Positions 1 to 13,810 of a stretch of DNA of 64,000 bases are shown here, in pieces (position 1 is the first letter of the stretch; each line of letters begins with the position of its first letter). A program made the position numbers and the translations under genes. Origin of the DNA: Octopus vulgaris (taxonomy: Eukaryota). The stretch spans positions 28,706,001 to 28,770,000 of the forward strand of contig OX597827.1 of NCBI GenBank assembly GCA_951406725.2, given 5' to 3'. A model generated the notes under the pieces. It searched no databases. It had not been told where the DNA came from and saw nothing but the letters and a program-made list of their open reading frames with translations.

Positions 1-175
1 CGACGCGTTGCGTTCTTGAGCAAAATACTTCATTTCATGTTGCTCCAGTCCCCTCAGCTGGCAAAAATGAGTAACACTGCGATGGACTGGCGTCCCGTCC
101 AGCTGGGTAACACATACGCCATAGAAACCAGGAAACCGGGCCCATAAGCCTGGCTAGGCTTTAAAAGGGCGCATT
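1..175 (+). mobile_element. tRNA-derived SINE, CORE-like central domain plus tail P (5' part outside the window)
   Basis: GTTCTTGAGCAAAATACTT...GCTCCAGTCC..CAGCTG central domain and GGACTGGCGTCCCGTCCAGCTGGG tail; near-identical to the copy at 57338-57565. Confidence 0.8.
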
Positions 176-427
176 TATTTTATTTTTATAATCATATAGT
201 ATACTTTCTAAAGCTCCTCTGCAGATATCGGCTACCAAATGCTATAATGATGTGGGACCTCTTGTGTTACTGCACATACATGCGGAAATCCTTAAAATCC
301 GTAATGTTTATACAAACATATTAATAAAAGAAGATAAATATGTAACAATACATACCTATATATGTGAATATGTATATAGGTATATATGAATACGTGTATA
401 TATGAATATATACATACGTTATGCCAT

Positions 428-737
428 ACAGGTGTGTGGCTTAATAGCTCGGGCATTCGACACAACATCGTTTGATCATGAGTTGATTCCAAGCAACCTG
501 TTGTGTCCTTGAGGAGACACTTTTTTGCACGTTGGTCCAGTCCACGAACCTAGCAAAAATGAATTGTACTTGTAATTCAAAGGGCCAGCTTCGTCACACT
601 CCGTATCAGATGGAATCTCCCCGAGAACTACGTTACGGATACGTGTTTCTGTAAAGTGCTCAACCTCTTTCAGGCTACTTTCACGTTGATTGGATCAACT
701 AGAGCGCACGTCGTCATAACCGACGGAAAGTAAGGCC
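428..737 (+). mobile_element. Diverged tRNA-derived SINE, CORE-like domain plus tail Q
   Basis: Degenerate A box (TGGCTTAATAG) and B box (AGTTGATTCC), TGTGTCCTTGAGGAGACAC central domain; tail AAAGGGCCAGC...GGATCAACT matches the 52969-53342 copy. Confidence 0.7.
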
Positions 738-1582
738 ATAAGTATGTGTGTGTGCATGCATGTGTATGTGTGTATATGTATGTTTGTATGAATGTATGTA
801 TGAGTGCGTGTGTGTGTGTGTATGTGTGTTTGTATGTATTTATTTGTGTATGTATGAGTGCGTGTGTGTGTATGTGTGTGTATATATGCAGGTATGAGTG
901 CATGTGTGCATGTACGTGTATGCATGTGTGCGAATGTGTGTGTTTGTATGTATTTATTTGTGTATGTATTAGTGCGTGTGTGTATATGTGTGTGTATATG
1001 TGTAGGTATGAGTGCGTGTGTGTATATGTATGTGTGTAAGTATCTATGTAATTATGCATGTTTCTAACGCTGCCTCTTTATGTGTATGATTAGGTGAATT
1101 TGCGTGTGTTACTTTATGTGTGAGTATGTGAGCGGTGTGTGCGCGCGCGTGCGTGTATATGTGTGTGTGTATGTGTGTGTGTGTGTTTGTGCACGCATGG
1201 GTGTATTTATGTAAGTGCTTGATACATCATAATCCAACACTGAAGGCAAAAATTGGAGTTAAATGTTTGCTGCTGAGAAAATAATCGTTGCTTTTGCATG
1301 AAATCTATTCAAAAACAATCCTGAAATCCAGGCAACGTTTTATCCGGCACTTGGATTGAAAACTCCAGCCTGCAGCTCAAACTTTTGGCCACAAATCTCC
1401 ATTGTTGCAACAGCTTATCGCCAGTGAAACCGTTTTAATTAGGTTAGAATACATTTACAACTTTTCATTCGTTACCTTTGTATCAAATATATCTGGCATC
1501 TGAAGGATCTCCGTCGTGTTCGAAGATCGATGAAATTACTTGCTTCTGTTTCTAACGTGTAACTGGCGGAGAATCTCTTATG

Positions 1583-1960
1583 TTTTACTTGTTTTAGCCA
1601 TTTGACTGCGCCCATGTTGTGGCACTGCCTTTTAGTAAATTTTTGTTTTGGTTATTTTCTGTGTTTTAGGAAAATGAAACGAACCCGCTACTTACTGTAT
1701 TCTTTCAAGCCTGGTACGTATTCTATCGATTATTTTGGCCGAACCACTAAGTTACGGGAACATGAGCACACCAACGTCCAGTGTCAAGCGGTAAAGGAGG
1801 ACAAACACAGACACAAAGACACACACACATTATATACTACAGGCTTCACATTATATATAACAGGCTTGTTTCGGTTTCCGCCTACCAAATCCACTTACAT
1901 GACTTTGATTAGCCGAGGCTATAGCAGAAGATATTTGTGCCAAACAGTCGGACTCGATCT
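1583..1960 (-). mobile_element. SINE family 3 (internal microsatellite, CR1-like tail), diverged
   Basis: Shares TTTTACTTGTTT..CATTTGACTGCG, AAGTTACGGG and CTACCAAATCCAC blocks with the 14862-15247 and 20663-21188 copies. Confidence 0.7.
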
Positions 1961-2406
1961 ACATTAAAATTACACGAATTTGAGGAATACTCAACCAATT
2001 CAACCTTAATTTCTGAAGGCAGGATCTGTATGACACATAGGGTGGATAATGTTGAAACATGAATTATATAAGAATCCATCCAGCGAGCTTCTCAACAGTT
2101 TCCCTCTCTTAGATTTCATTATCAAGATACAGGTAGTACTGAAACTAAAGAAAACATCTACCCAAGATGCGGACTTAGCAATTCGGTAAGGGAGAACCAG
2201 TAGAATAAATACCTGGGGGTCAATGTAAACACTCCAAGTATGGCCGCAGTCAAATGTCTGCAACAAAACACAACAGAACAAATGATATCTGATTTCTTTT
2301 CCAAATGTTTGCCTTAACCTTTTTGTTGGCACCTTATAATTCTCAATTATTTATCTTAAACAAGCTCATTAACGAAAGCTATCATTCCTTAAGGCGTTTG
2401 TTGTTA

Positions 2407-2628
2407 CAGTAATCCCTCGACTATCGCGGGTGTTACGTTCCAAAACCCCCGCCATAAGTGAAAATCTGCGATGTAGAAACACTACGCTACTGTATATCTT
2501 TTAAAAATTATTTTTATAATTTGTATATATTTATTTTACTATAAAGGCAAAATAACACCACGGAGGAATCAACTTAAGCTTAAATGATAAACCGCGATAG
2601 GTGAACCGTGATATGGCAAGGGGTTACA

Positions 2629-2629
<1 letters not shown>
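2407..2629. mobile_element. pogo/Tigger-like MITE
   Basis: TA|CAGTAATCCCTCG...GCAAGGGGTTACAG|TA imperfect TIRs with TA flanks; second copy at 58504-58642. Confidence 0.75.
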
Positions 2630-2665
<36 letters not shown>

Positions 2666-2725
2666 TATAGATATAGATAAAGATACATATACATATATAT
2701 ACACATATGTATGTGTGTGTATATA

Positions 2726-2828
<103 letters not shown>

Positions 2829-3458
2829 TTATATATGTATGTATGTATGTATGTAAAACTGAAAGATTAAAATTAATCAAAGGACATACTAAATATTTAA
2901 ATAACAGCGAAAACTCTTATTTAAATCGGCAAAATACACTGATGATAACTACAGAAATCAACTGCCCGAAGGCAAACGGGCAAAGAAAATGTCCCAACGT
3001 ACATTTAGGTATTTTGACTCACGCAAAGCGAATCAGTTGCAGCGCAGACTTCAACACGACGGGTTGGGAATCTCTATCATGGTAACGCGTGCTTAGGAAG
3101 TTAAGGCTATTCTTGCAAGTACAGAAACCGGTCCACGTGAGTCCTGATACTTAAATGTACGTTGGGAGATTGTCTTAGACCGTTTGCCTTTGGACGGTTG
3201 ATTTCTGTCATTACTATCAGTGTATTTTGTCGATTTAAATAAATGTTTTCGCTGTTATTTCCAGCAGGTAGACATACTTATTATGTCCTTTGATTAATTT
3301 TAATCCATCAGTTATTTAATGCTTTTTGGGGGACCTGAAATCGCCTGTATTATTGAATCTGTTATCATTTTTAAATTGGTACACTAGATAATAAAAGAGG
3401 CAATGATATCTTCGCAAATTATTTTATTATTTTTTCTCCTGAATTATTTGCTCCGTAT

Positions 3459-3528
<70 letters not shown>

Positions 3529-4782
3529 ATAGAAAGAGGATTCGATATATATATCGGAGGATCAACACCAAGAAGGAAGAAATATTATTTACATATATTT
3601 ATTCGTCTTCCTGACAAGTAGTTAGAGGAAGGAGAAGTTGCTATCTTCCAGTAGAGCGGGAAAGTGTAAAGCATACACGGTGCTGACTAGGAAGGAAGTA
3701 AGGATAAAGTTGGCTCTGCTCTTATTTGCTGTATGCAAATGAGTTCGTTATTGGGGTCCAGAACTCTCGTTGGAAAAAGTTTTTCGCGTCCGTGTAGGGC
3801 CTACCACGTCACGTCCATTCACGGGTGTTGCTGTAGCTCAAATTAATGAGTATCGTGTCAGGGTAGACAAATGGCGTCCCAGTAATAACGATCTCTTCCG
3901 TACTGCTAGATCCGTTTACATTCTCCATTTTATTTTCATATCACCAAGTATGTAAACTGAGGGAGAATTGTCTCTTATTTCTAGTAACGTTCAAGCGATT
4001 GCGTACAAACTAATTCATCAACTCCAAGCATGGGTGTTGCTAGAATTATAAAGTCTCATTTTAAAATTGAACAATAGCGTCCCATCTGTAAAGAACCCCT
4101 CCGTGTTTACATATCCCTTTGAATTCCATTGTATCTTAAAATTATAATGTGTGTAATCTGAAGAATATTTAGCTGCTAATTCTTGCCAATCGGAAGACCA
4201 CGTACTATTTCCGTATCTAATTCATCTTAAAGTGTTTCTATTCTATTGGAGCGGAACACCGAAATTTGTAAAAAGGGTATCGATAAATGTCATAGAAAAA
4301 TTCTGAATTCCAAGAACAAAAAAGCATCAGACATCATATTTCCCTTTTTCGCCATAATATCAGTCGATTCCAATATATCATATTTACTGTGCGTTCTTCA
4401 AATATTTATCAAAGAACATGTTTTTAGTTTCAAGTCTTTCGCTTATCGTTTATTTATCTTGACTTATTATTTTGCTAAGCTACGTATCACGTATGTGTGT
4501 TTGTGTGTGTGTGTGTGAGCAGGAGATGCATGATCAAAAATACATACATACATATACCCCCACACATACACACACGCACATATGTATATATACATATACA
4601 CACACCACAGACACACACACACACATATATAAATATGTTAGGATAAACATGACTATATAGATACGTGTGTATATGTCTTTCTTCACTCAACATACACATG
4701 TATATACTTATATATGTATGTAGGTAAGTGTATGTTAATGTCTTATTTTCTTTGTTACATTCTCGCACAAATATTTATAAGC

Positions 4783-4825
<43 letters not shown>

Positions 4826-4964
4826 TACATATAGATAGAGAGAGATAGGGGTGAGAAGGAGGAGAGGGAGTGGGAAATAGAGGGAGAGAAAGATACGTAC
4901 AAACATACATATATCGACAGACAGATGTACATATATAAACCTATATATATATATACATATATAT

Positions 4965-5038
<74 letters not shown>

Positions 5039-5039
5039 G

Positions 5040-5070
<31 letters not shown>

Positions 5071-5071
5071 G

Positions 5072-5104
<33 letters not shown>

Positions 5105-5105
5105 G

Positions 5106-5151
<46 letters not shown>

Positions 5152-6142
5152 TTCACACACACACACACAAGTGACGATTATTATTTTTCTTGACATAAAT
5201 GCTTTTCGTCATCAACACATTCTGTACACCATCATCATCAACAACACCACTACCATCAACATCACCGTGACCAGAAGCCCCCCTCCACCACCACCACCAC
5301 CACCACAACGTTTCCTCGTGATTGTTGGTTTCACTGTTTGTATACTTACTTCGCTTTTACTATTTTTCTTTTCTATATTTCTTCATTTTTACATGTGTGT
5401 GTGTGTGTGTGTTATTTTTGTTGTTTGTCAGGGGTGTATGGGTGTGGGAAGGTGGGTGTGTCTTTGTTTTCCTTCTTTTTTCAATATCTTAATATTGATC
5501 TCTGCGTCTTCTATTTGCCAGTTGATTGATTACTTGACAATCCCAAATGGCTGCCAGTCGCTACTTTATTTTTACTTACATACGCAACCCCCACCTCCCC
5601 ACACACACACACTATACACCCCACAACCACCACAACGGCGACGACCACCACCATCACCACCACCAACAACAACAACAACCATCGCTAGACAGGCATTACA
5701 CCACAACGTACCACCATGAAATAAATGCTACACAGTTATCAGTAAGAACAGTGAGATGATGATTAGAGAAAGACCAGACACATACGCACGCGCGCATGTG
5801 TGTGTGTGTGTGTGTGTGTGTTTGAGGAGGTGTAGTTCTTCATTCTTGCATTAGACCAGCGATTATTATCTACAGTAAGTCTTTTATTCATTGTGTATCT
5901 TCATTGTTCTCACATTTTTCTTCGCTTGTCATTCTTGCCTTCCATAATTCACTTTGATGTTTTTTTTTTTTCTTTTTTCTTATGTTGTTGCCTTTATTTA
6001 ATATACTTACAAACACACACGCACTAAAGCAGAAAGACAGACTCCAACTAGCAATCACGTAGCACAAACACACACACACAGACACACGCTTATATGAATA
6101 TGAAAATATGTATGTACACATAAGTGTGTGACCAGTCATGTT

Positions 6143-6201
<59 letters not shown>

Positions 6202-6789
6202 GTATATATATATATATATACATACATATACATATATATATAAACATGTATATATATATATATGTATATATATACATATATATATACATATACATACATT
6301 TATATATATACATGTATATGTATATATATGTATATGTTATATGAATCTATGTATATATATATATACATACATACATACATATATATATATATATATTATG
6401 AATCTATGTACATGTATGTTTGCATTATGCATATATATCTGTATGTATATATGAAAACATTTCTTTCAGGAACTAATTAGGCCACTGTCAAACCAAGGGA
6501 CTCCAATCATTTAGTACCGAGTTAAGATAATTACTGAAAAGTTATTATGGTACACAAGCATATATCTTTCAACATACAGACTCACATACAATAAATGCAC
6601 ATATACATAATTTGTTTTTACTATTTATGTGTGATTCTGTTGTTCTAGCTATCATTGTTCTTAAAATTTTGCTGTTGTCCTTGTTTTAGCTCCAGTTAAA
6701 TTCTAATCGATTGGGGAATCAGCCAAACGTATTGCAGCTGTGAAAATTTAGTCTATTTGTTATTTTCAAGGTCCAGTATAATATAATAT

Positions 6790-7212
6790 GGTCGAAGGCC
6801 CCATTCTACAGAAAGCGAGCGAACTCAGAGGAAAAGTGACAAAGGAGACCCCAGGAAGCGTTTCAAAAACCAGCTTACCCAGGTAACGTTATATACTCCA
6901 GGATGAGAGCGAGTCGCAGAACAGTGGTAGAGCAAGACTACATCATGACTGCATCGCGACTGTATCGAGATTGTATCAAGACTGCTGTGAGCAATTCTGA
7001 GAGGGCCAGAGAAAATGCAGCAGAAAAGAAACGCCGAATGAGGACAAAGTCCCTCGTCCCTCGTTAGATTCTTGCATACATATTTGCCCCAAATGCACCA
7101 GAGCCTGTCGTTCAAAGATCGGTTTCCATAGTCACTTAAAGGCTTACCCTGCTTCTCCATGATCCTCCAACGCAAAGAAATTGCCATCATCTCTCATCAT
7201 CATCATCATCAT
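6790..7212 (+). mobile_element. RTE-clade LINE 3' fragment (decayed)
   Basis: Translates to GDPRKRFKNQL...AAEKKRRMR...ICPKCTRACRSKIGFHSHLK (RTE C-terminal zinc finger), followed by a (CAT)n tail. Confidence 0.7.
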
Positions 7213-7939
7213 TCGTAACATGTGCAGCGTTCGAAGATTATGGTGATGTGATTATTATTTATAGCAGACCGACCGATCTTGTGCAGACTTGTTCTTCGGT
7301 TTCTTCATACTTGTTATTGTTGTTATAGTTGCTCCTCTTGTTGTTGTCCTTCTTCCCGTTACTTTAACCATTTCTGTTTCCTTTTACAAACAAAAACTTT
7401 AGCGCCATCGTTTTGCTCTACAATTCCTGTATTGATACAAGTTGTTACTTTGCTATTTGTTCCTTCCCAGCTTTATTTTAAGATCTCACAGACTGCACCG
7501 TTATTTTCCTGTTAAATATTTCAATTGTTAAGCTATACAAATAATAACTTACAAAGTAAAATTACTCGACATTTTCTCACACTTAACGCCTTTCATTTGT
7601 CTACAAGTACTTACTACAAATTTGTTTCATATATTCTTAATTCATTGTCAAGTGTTACGCGGTTACGCCCCTTTGTTTCTTTTTAAGTCATTGCAACAAC
7701 TGTTTATTAACGGCTGACAAAATTACCTTAAATGAACAAAGACAGTTCAAACAGACAAGGAAACAGAAATGAAATTTTATTTCTTTTATTCTGGTTAGTA
7801 TGGTCGGCTTATAACATTGGCGTTGCATTTGATAAATAAATATTGTGATGTCTCAGCATTAAACTTGCTGCACACGCACACACACATACCGTATTATATA
7901 TTATATTTCCACGATGTAAATATTTGTGTATGTATATAT

Positions 7940-8075
7940 ATGGTTCAAATGTACAGAAAACAAAACACAGAGACAAGCGACGGAATAATAAGGAGGTGTA
8001 TTAGTTTGACACTCGAGGGAAATGGAAAAAGACATTGACGTTTCGAACCTACGCTCTTCGACAGAGAGGGACGAG
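7940..8075 (-). mobile_element. Penelope-type terminal repeat fragment with a degenerate hammerhead
   Basis: Minus strand CTGTCGA-A-GAGCGTAGGTTC-GAAACGTC...CTCGAGTGTCAAACTAATAC is homologous to 61030-61155 and 55785-55895. Confidence 0.55.
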
Positions 8076-8189
8076 GTGGGGAAATGGAGAGATGAGAAAA
8101 CGGAGAGAGAGAAAAAAGCGTGTCTGGATAACCAGCTCCGCATGTTGAAATGCGTGTGTGTATTTGTATGTTCAAATACATATATATAA

Positions 8190-8385
8190 TATTCTTCTCT
8201 ACGCTAAGCACAAGGCCCGAAACTTTGAGGAAGAGGAACAGTCGATTATATCGACTCCAGTATGCAACTGGTACCTTATTGACTCCGAAAGGATGAAAGG
8301 CAAAGTCGACCTCGGCGGAATTTGGATTCAGAACGTAAAGACAGACGAAACACATTTCGCCCGGCGTGCTAACGTTTCTGCCCTT
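8190..8385 (-). mobile_element. SINE family 2, alternative tail
   Basis: Minus strand GGCAGAAACGTTAGCACGCC...GTCGACTTTGCCTTTCATCCTTTCGG. Confidence 0.8.
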
Positions 8386-8557
8386 CATATATATATAATA
8401 TTTTCACACCATTGGTTATGGCGATAAGTGCACCAGTTGATCTGATGAACGGAACAGCTTGGTCGTGAAATTAGGGGCTAAGTGGTTAAATATTCCTCAA
8501 ACACCCGTACTTTTAACTAGGTTTTTGGAAAATATAAAAAAGAAATTCGTCAGTTTT

Positions 8558-8965
8558 GGCGGCGAGCTGGCAGAAACGTTAACACGTCAGGCGAAATGCT
8601 TAGAGGTATTTCGTCTGCCGCTACGTTATGAGTTCAAATTCCGCCGATGTCGATTTTGCTTTTCATCTTTTCGGGGTCGATTAAATAAGTACCAGTTACG
8701 CACTGGGGTCGATATAATCGACTTAATCCCTTTCTCTGTCCTTGTTTGTCCCTTCTATGTTTAGTTTTTGTGGGTAATAAAGAAATAGGTATTTCGTCTG
8801 CCGTTATGTTCTGAGTTTAAATTCCGCCGAGGTCGACTTTGCCTTTCATCCTTTCGGGGTCGATTAAATAAGTACCACTGGGGTTGATATAATCGACTGA
8901 ATTCGTTTGTTTGTCCTTGTTTATCCCCTCTGTTTGTAGCCCCTTGAGGGCAGTAATAAAAATAA
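8558..8965 (+). mobile_element. SINE family 2, tandem dimer with Tx1-like tails
   Basis: Head GGCGGCGAGCTGGCAGAA, B box GAGTTCAAATTCC, body GC(C)TTTCATC(C/T)TTTCGGGGTCGA; second unit restarts at GGTATTTCG (8788). Confidence 0.85.
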
Positions 8966-9390
8966 GAACGTGAGTATCAATATTGAACACGAATAGTCAG
9001 TTTGATGCACGTGAGACAAACAGAACGGAGGTGTCGTTATCAGCGGATGTGGGTGGCTTGAAAAGTAGCGGGGTGCATCCCTTTTATATATTTTAGCCTC
9101 TTACTATGACACATATTGCATTTCATCCTTTCGGGGTCGTTAAAGTAAGTACCAGTTGGGCATTGGAGGCGTTGCAATAGACTTAACCTACGCCCCCCTC
9201 CCGAAATTACTAGTCTGGGACCTAAATTTTAAACCAATATTTGTTTCAGCTCTCAAATACTAATGAGGTCAACCTTGTCTTTGTTTTCCTTTTGGAATCG
9301 ATAAAACAGAATCGATAAAACCTGTCAAGTACAACAATCAATTTTATCGTCTGCCCCACCTCGTTGAATATTTCTGAATCTTTTACTTAA

Positions 9391-10228
9391 CCCATTCACT
9401 GCCAAATGTTTTTTTCATATTCTTTGGCTTTGCCAGGTGTCTTGGGAGTTAAAATAACATACGATATTTCAATTTTCTTCTTATGTAGAATATTTTGGAA
9501 ATTTTTTGCAAAAGTCCCAAAAGGGGAACGCAAAAAAAAAGCATATTTATCCTTTTCTATTCAATTGAAATAATAAACAACTTTTTCCTTTTCCTTTTTT
9601 TTTTTTTTGAATCTATAGTATCAAATACGAATGTGTACGAAATATCAATGAATGATATGGATGGGAAATGCCAAAAAAAAAATGAAAATTTTCAGTTAAT
9701 ATTTTTGTAATTCAAAAATTGCGATTTATGACAAAATTTCTAAAATTAGCCAGAGCTAATGATATTTTTTGTCGCCTTTTTCAAGCCTATCCAGGCTCAT
9801 GGGCTCGGTTTCCCGGTTTCTGTGGCGTATGTGTTCCCCCCAGCTGGACGGGACGCCAGTCCAACGCAGCGTTACTCAAGAAACAGGACGATAGAATGAG
9901 AGAAAGTTGTGGCGAAAGAATACAGCAGGGGTCACCACCACCCCTGCCGGAGTCTCGTGGAGCTTTTAGGTGTTTTTGTTCAATAAACACACACAACGCC
10001 CGGTCTGGGAATCGAAACCGCGATCCTCAAACCGCGAGTCCGCTGCCCTAACCACTGGGCCATTATGCCTCCACAGATCTAATAATGAGAATCTTTAATT
10101 ACTAAATACTGTTAAATACACCTCTGCAAATGCAATGGACATAAGCAATTCACTTTAAATACAACGAACAACCGGCAAGGAAACCGTTTTCAGTAGATCC
10201 CCAAATGGGGCTCTTGGCAGGCAATGGG
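9391..10228. mobile_element. piggyBac-like non-autonomous element interrupted by a SINE
   Basis: TTAA|CCCATTCACTGCCAA ... TTGGCAGGCAATGGG|TTAA; 13/15 TIR match and TTAA on both sides. Confidence 0.75.
9772..10075 (-). mobile_element. tRNA-derived SINE, central domain Y plus tail P
   Basis: A box TGGCCCAGTGG, B box GGTTTCGATTCC; tail matches 1-175. Confidence 0.85.
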
Positions 10229-10547
10229 TTAAATTATAAATAATTATTTAGGGCGTTACCGCGTCAGCTGTCAATTACTGGTATTAATGCTGTCGACTGA
10301 CTATCTTCTTTCATAACATTTAGATTTCTGCCTAAATTTGAAACGGGTAATGGACTGGCAGAATCCTTAGAATTTGGGACAAAATGTATCATCGATCCCT
10401 ACAATCTGAGTGCAGATACAACCATGGTCAACTTTGCCCTTCAGTGTTTCGTGGTAGTGGTGGTGGTGCGGGTAAGTACTTGTCAATTACTAGGGTCAAC
10501 GCAATTGGTTTTCACCCTCTCCTCCAGATTGCGCCAAATTTAGTGTG

Positions 10548-10850
10548 AAGGAACGTGGCCTAGTGGTTAGGCTTGCGACAATCCCGATCGAAAGATCGTG
10601 GTTTCGATAACCAAACCGGATGCGTGTTGCGTCCTTTAGCAAAACACTTCATTTCACAGTGCTCCAAACCACCTAGCTGTAAATGGGTAACCCTGTGGCG
10701 GAATAGCCGTCAGATCAAGGCTAATGTTAGCCTGTCTGCCTGTCCGCCTAGTCAGCAGGGTGGCATCGTTCAAAAGCTAAATGTGAAGCTCACTGTGACC
10801 AGCGATCTATGACAACATCTTATAAACTGGTCATGTGATCACGTGATGAT
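10548..10850 (+). mobile_element. tRNA-derived SINE with CORE-like domain, diverged
   Basis: TGGCCTAGTGG A box, GGTTTCGATAACC B box, GTCCTTTAGCAAAACACTTCATTTCAC central domain. Confidence 0.65.
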
Positions 10851-11056
10851 TGTTAAACAGTAGTTATAGTGCAGCCTCAAGTGAGTCTTCGTTCACATCT
10901 AGGATCAAGTTCATTCCAGTCATGACGAATAGGTCAGTTGTACATCGAACACCAGATCGTCCTTTCTGGCTATTTCTTTTTTTCTTTTTTTCTTTTTTTT
11001 TCGTCTTTCCCGCTCGAAGATGTGATTTGAGGCAGATTTTGTCTGCTATCTTTTAA

Positions 11057-11107
<51 letters not shown>

Positions 11108-11629
11108 CAGCAACAGCAGCAGCAGCAGCAGCAGTGGTGGTGGCGGTGGTGGTTACCGCAGCCGCCAACACCGCCACGTATTGTTCTCGCCGTCATCTTC
11201 GTCGAAAGGCATTGCAAACTTCACGGAAAGCAACCTTGCATTGTCACCGGAAGTACATGTGGCGCATGTCAACTATGCTTCATTAGCGTAAGAAGAACAT
11301 GACTCTATGGAAGTACGTTTGCATTCAAACACATCTCTTTGTTATCTTCGTACACCATCCACAGTCATTTGCCTTGCCTCCTTCATACATTTCTTTCGCT
11401 CACTCTCTCTTTCTCCCTCTTTCTCTCTCCCTCACTCTCTCTTTTCTCAGTCTTTCTCCCGTCACTCTTATTCTGTCTACATACGCATTTATCTATCTAT
11501 CTATCTATCTATTTATCTAACGATATCTCTTTCTCTTTCTCTCTCTCTCTCCCCCTCGCTCTCTCTCTCTCTCTCATTCTCTGCATGTATGTCTATCTAT
11601 CTACCTACCTACCTATCTCTCTTTCACTA

Positions 11630-11688
<59 letters not shown>

Positions 11689-11763
11689 CTTTCTCTCACT
11701 ACCTCTTTATCTCTCTCTCTCTATTTATCTATATCTATGTATCTATGTATCTATCTCACTCAC

Positions 11764-11846
<83 letters not shown>

Positions 11847-12671
11847 GTATATATATATATCTGTCTAACGCACCCTGTTCCTCTCTCTCCCTATCTTTCT
11901 CTTTCTCTCTCTCTCTCTATTTATCTATCTATCTATCTATTTAACTGTCTATCTATCTATCTATTTGTCTGTCTGTCACGTACGTACAGACTTTCACTAC
12001 TCCATTCTATGTCCATCGCTAAGGCTGCCTCTTTCTGCATTTTTCTCATCAGTTCTAAAAGTTTTTTCTCTCACTGGCATGGTATAGCACTCGTCCTTCT
12101 CTCTCGTCTCCCTCTCTCATAAAACACATCACGCTCGCACACACACACACACACACTCCTTCTCTCTCTTTCTCCTTCTATTTCTCCCGCTCTCACACCC
12201 TCTCTCTCTCTCTCTCACACACTCGTACACACTTCCTCTTTGTCACTTAACTGACGTGATATACTTTCCTCTCTCATCTGCGGTGTTTTACTGTTACTCT
12301 CCTCTCTTCAAATCACACACACACACTTCGCACACACTCTTTTCCCTCTCCCCTCTCTTTCCTTCTCTCTCTCTCTATATATATATATTTTCCTTCTTAC
12401 TCTCTCGTTACCCCTCTACCTCTCTTTCACTTTCACCTTTTCTCTCCTTCGTACAGTATATTGAAAATTGCACTAAATGTACCGAATTTTCGCAAAACGC
12501 ACTGTTACGCTTAATTCCAACGTTGGAAAAGAAAATATAAGACAAAACAAAAGAAGAAAAAAAAATTGAAATCACGTTGCCAAATTTTCAAAGTTTTTCT
12601 TCACTCCGTTGTAAACAGGTTCGTAGGAAAAAGGGAAGGATAAAAAAAAAACGCCCAGACGAATAAAATAA

Positions 12672-12675
12672 TCAC

Positions 12676-12709
<34 letters not shown>

Positions 12710-13090
12710 GTAATAATAATACTAATAATAATGTAAGAAGAAGGAGGAGGACAAAGAGGAGGAGGAGGAGAAGAAGGTGGAATAGGAGGAGGAGGGGGAG
12801 AAGAAAAAGAAGAAGAAGAAGAAGTTGATGATGATGATGATGATGATGGAGGTGGTGATGATGATGGTGAAAATAAGAAAAAGAAGAGGAGTAGGAAATG
12901 GGAAGTAGAAGAAAAAGAAAAAGAAGGGGAAGAAGAAGAAGAAGAAGAAGAAGAAGAAGAATGATGATCACAACGACGACGTCGACGATGACAATGACCA
13001 CGACTATGGTGATGATAATGATGATGATGATGATTATGATGACGATGATGGTTATGGTGATGATAATGACGACGATGATAAAATAATAAC
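12672..13090. repeat. Compound trinucleotide microsatellite (AAT, AGG, AAG, ATG)
   Basis: Directly visible runs. Confidence 0.95.
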
Positions 13091-13714
13091 GAGTTGTTTT
13101 ATATATATATATACTTTTTGGGGTCTATTTTGATTTATCATGTTTGCTGTATATTATTTGTGTTAAATATAATGGTGTCATTTTTTTCCATCTTATAAAA
13201 TGTATTTTATTTTCTAATTTTTAAATTTGTTTCAATTTATCTTTGTACGTTTGTTGTTATTTCGACAAATGAGAACCAGTGAATGAGTAACGCATTTAAA
13301 GGTTTCTGAAGGAAAAAAAAGAAATTAGGAAAAATGAAAAGAAATTCTGCTGAAAGAATTGTAAACGTAGTCAGATTTTTGGGAGAATATGTTCAAATTG
13401 AAGGTGTATGTGTATGAATGAGTAACGAAAGAAAGAGAGGAGAATGAGCGAAAGAGATTTTGGTGTGTGTATGTGTGTGTGTGTGTAAAGAGAGGGGGAA
13501 AGAGAGAGTGTTGTGTGTGCGTGAATGAGTGAGGTTGAAAGAGACAGAAAAGGTACGAAAATAGAAGGATCAGAGGGAAGGAAAATCAGCGAATGAGATA
13601 GAGGAGGAGGGAGCGAGAGAGAAAGAGAGATAGCGAAAATGAAAGAGCGGACCCAAACAGAATTTTAAAAATGAGAATGAGAAGTAAATAAAGAATATAT
13701 ATAAAGAATATATG

Positions 13715-13810
<96 letters not shown>

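Noticed and set aside
3086-3139. Hammerhead-like CGCGTG-CTTAGGA...GAAA-CCGG-TC-CACGTG
   Set aside because: Essential G5 is U and stem II does not pair; at best a dead remnant.
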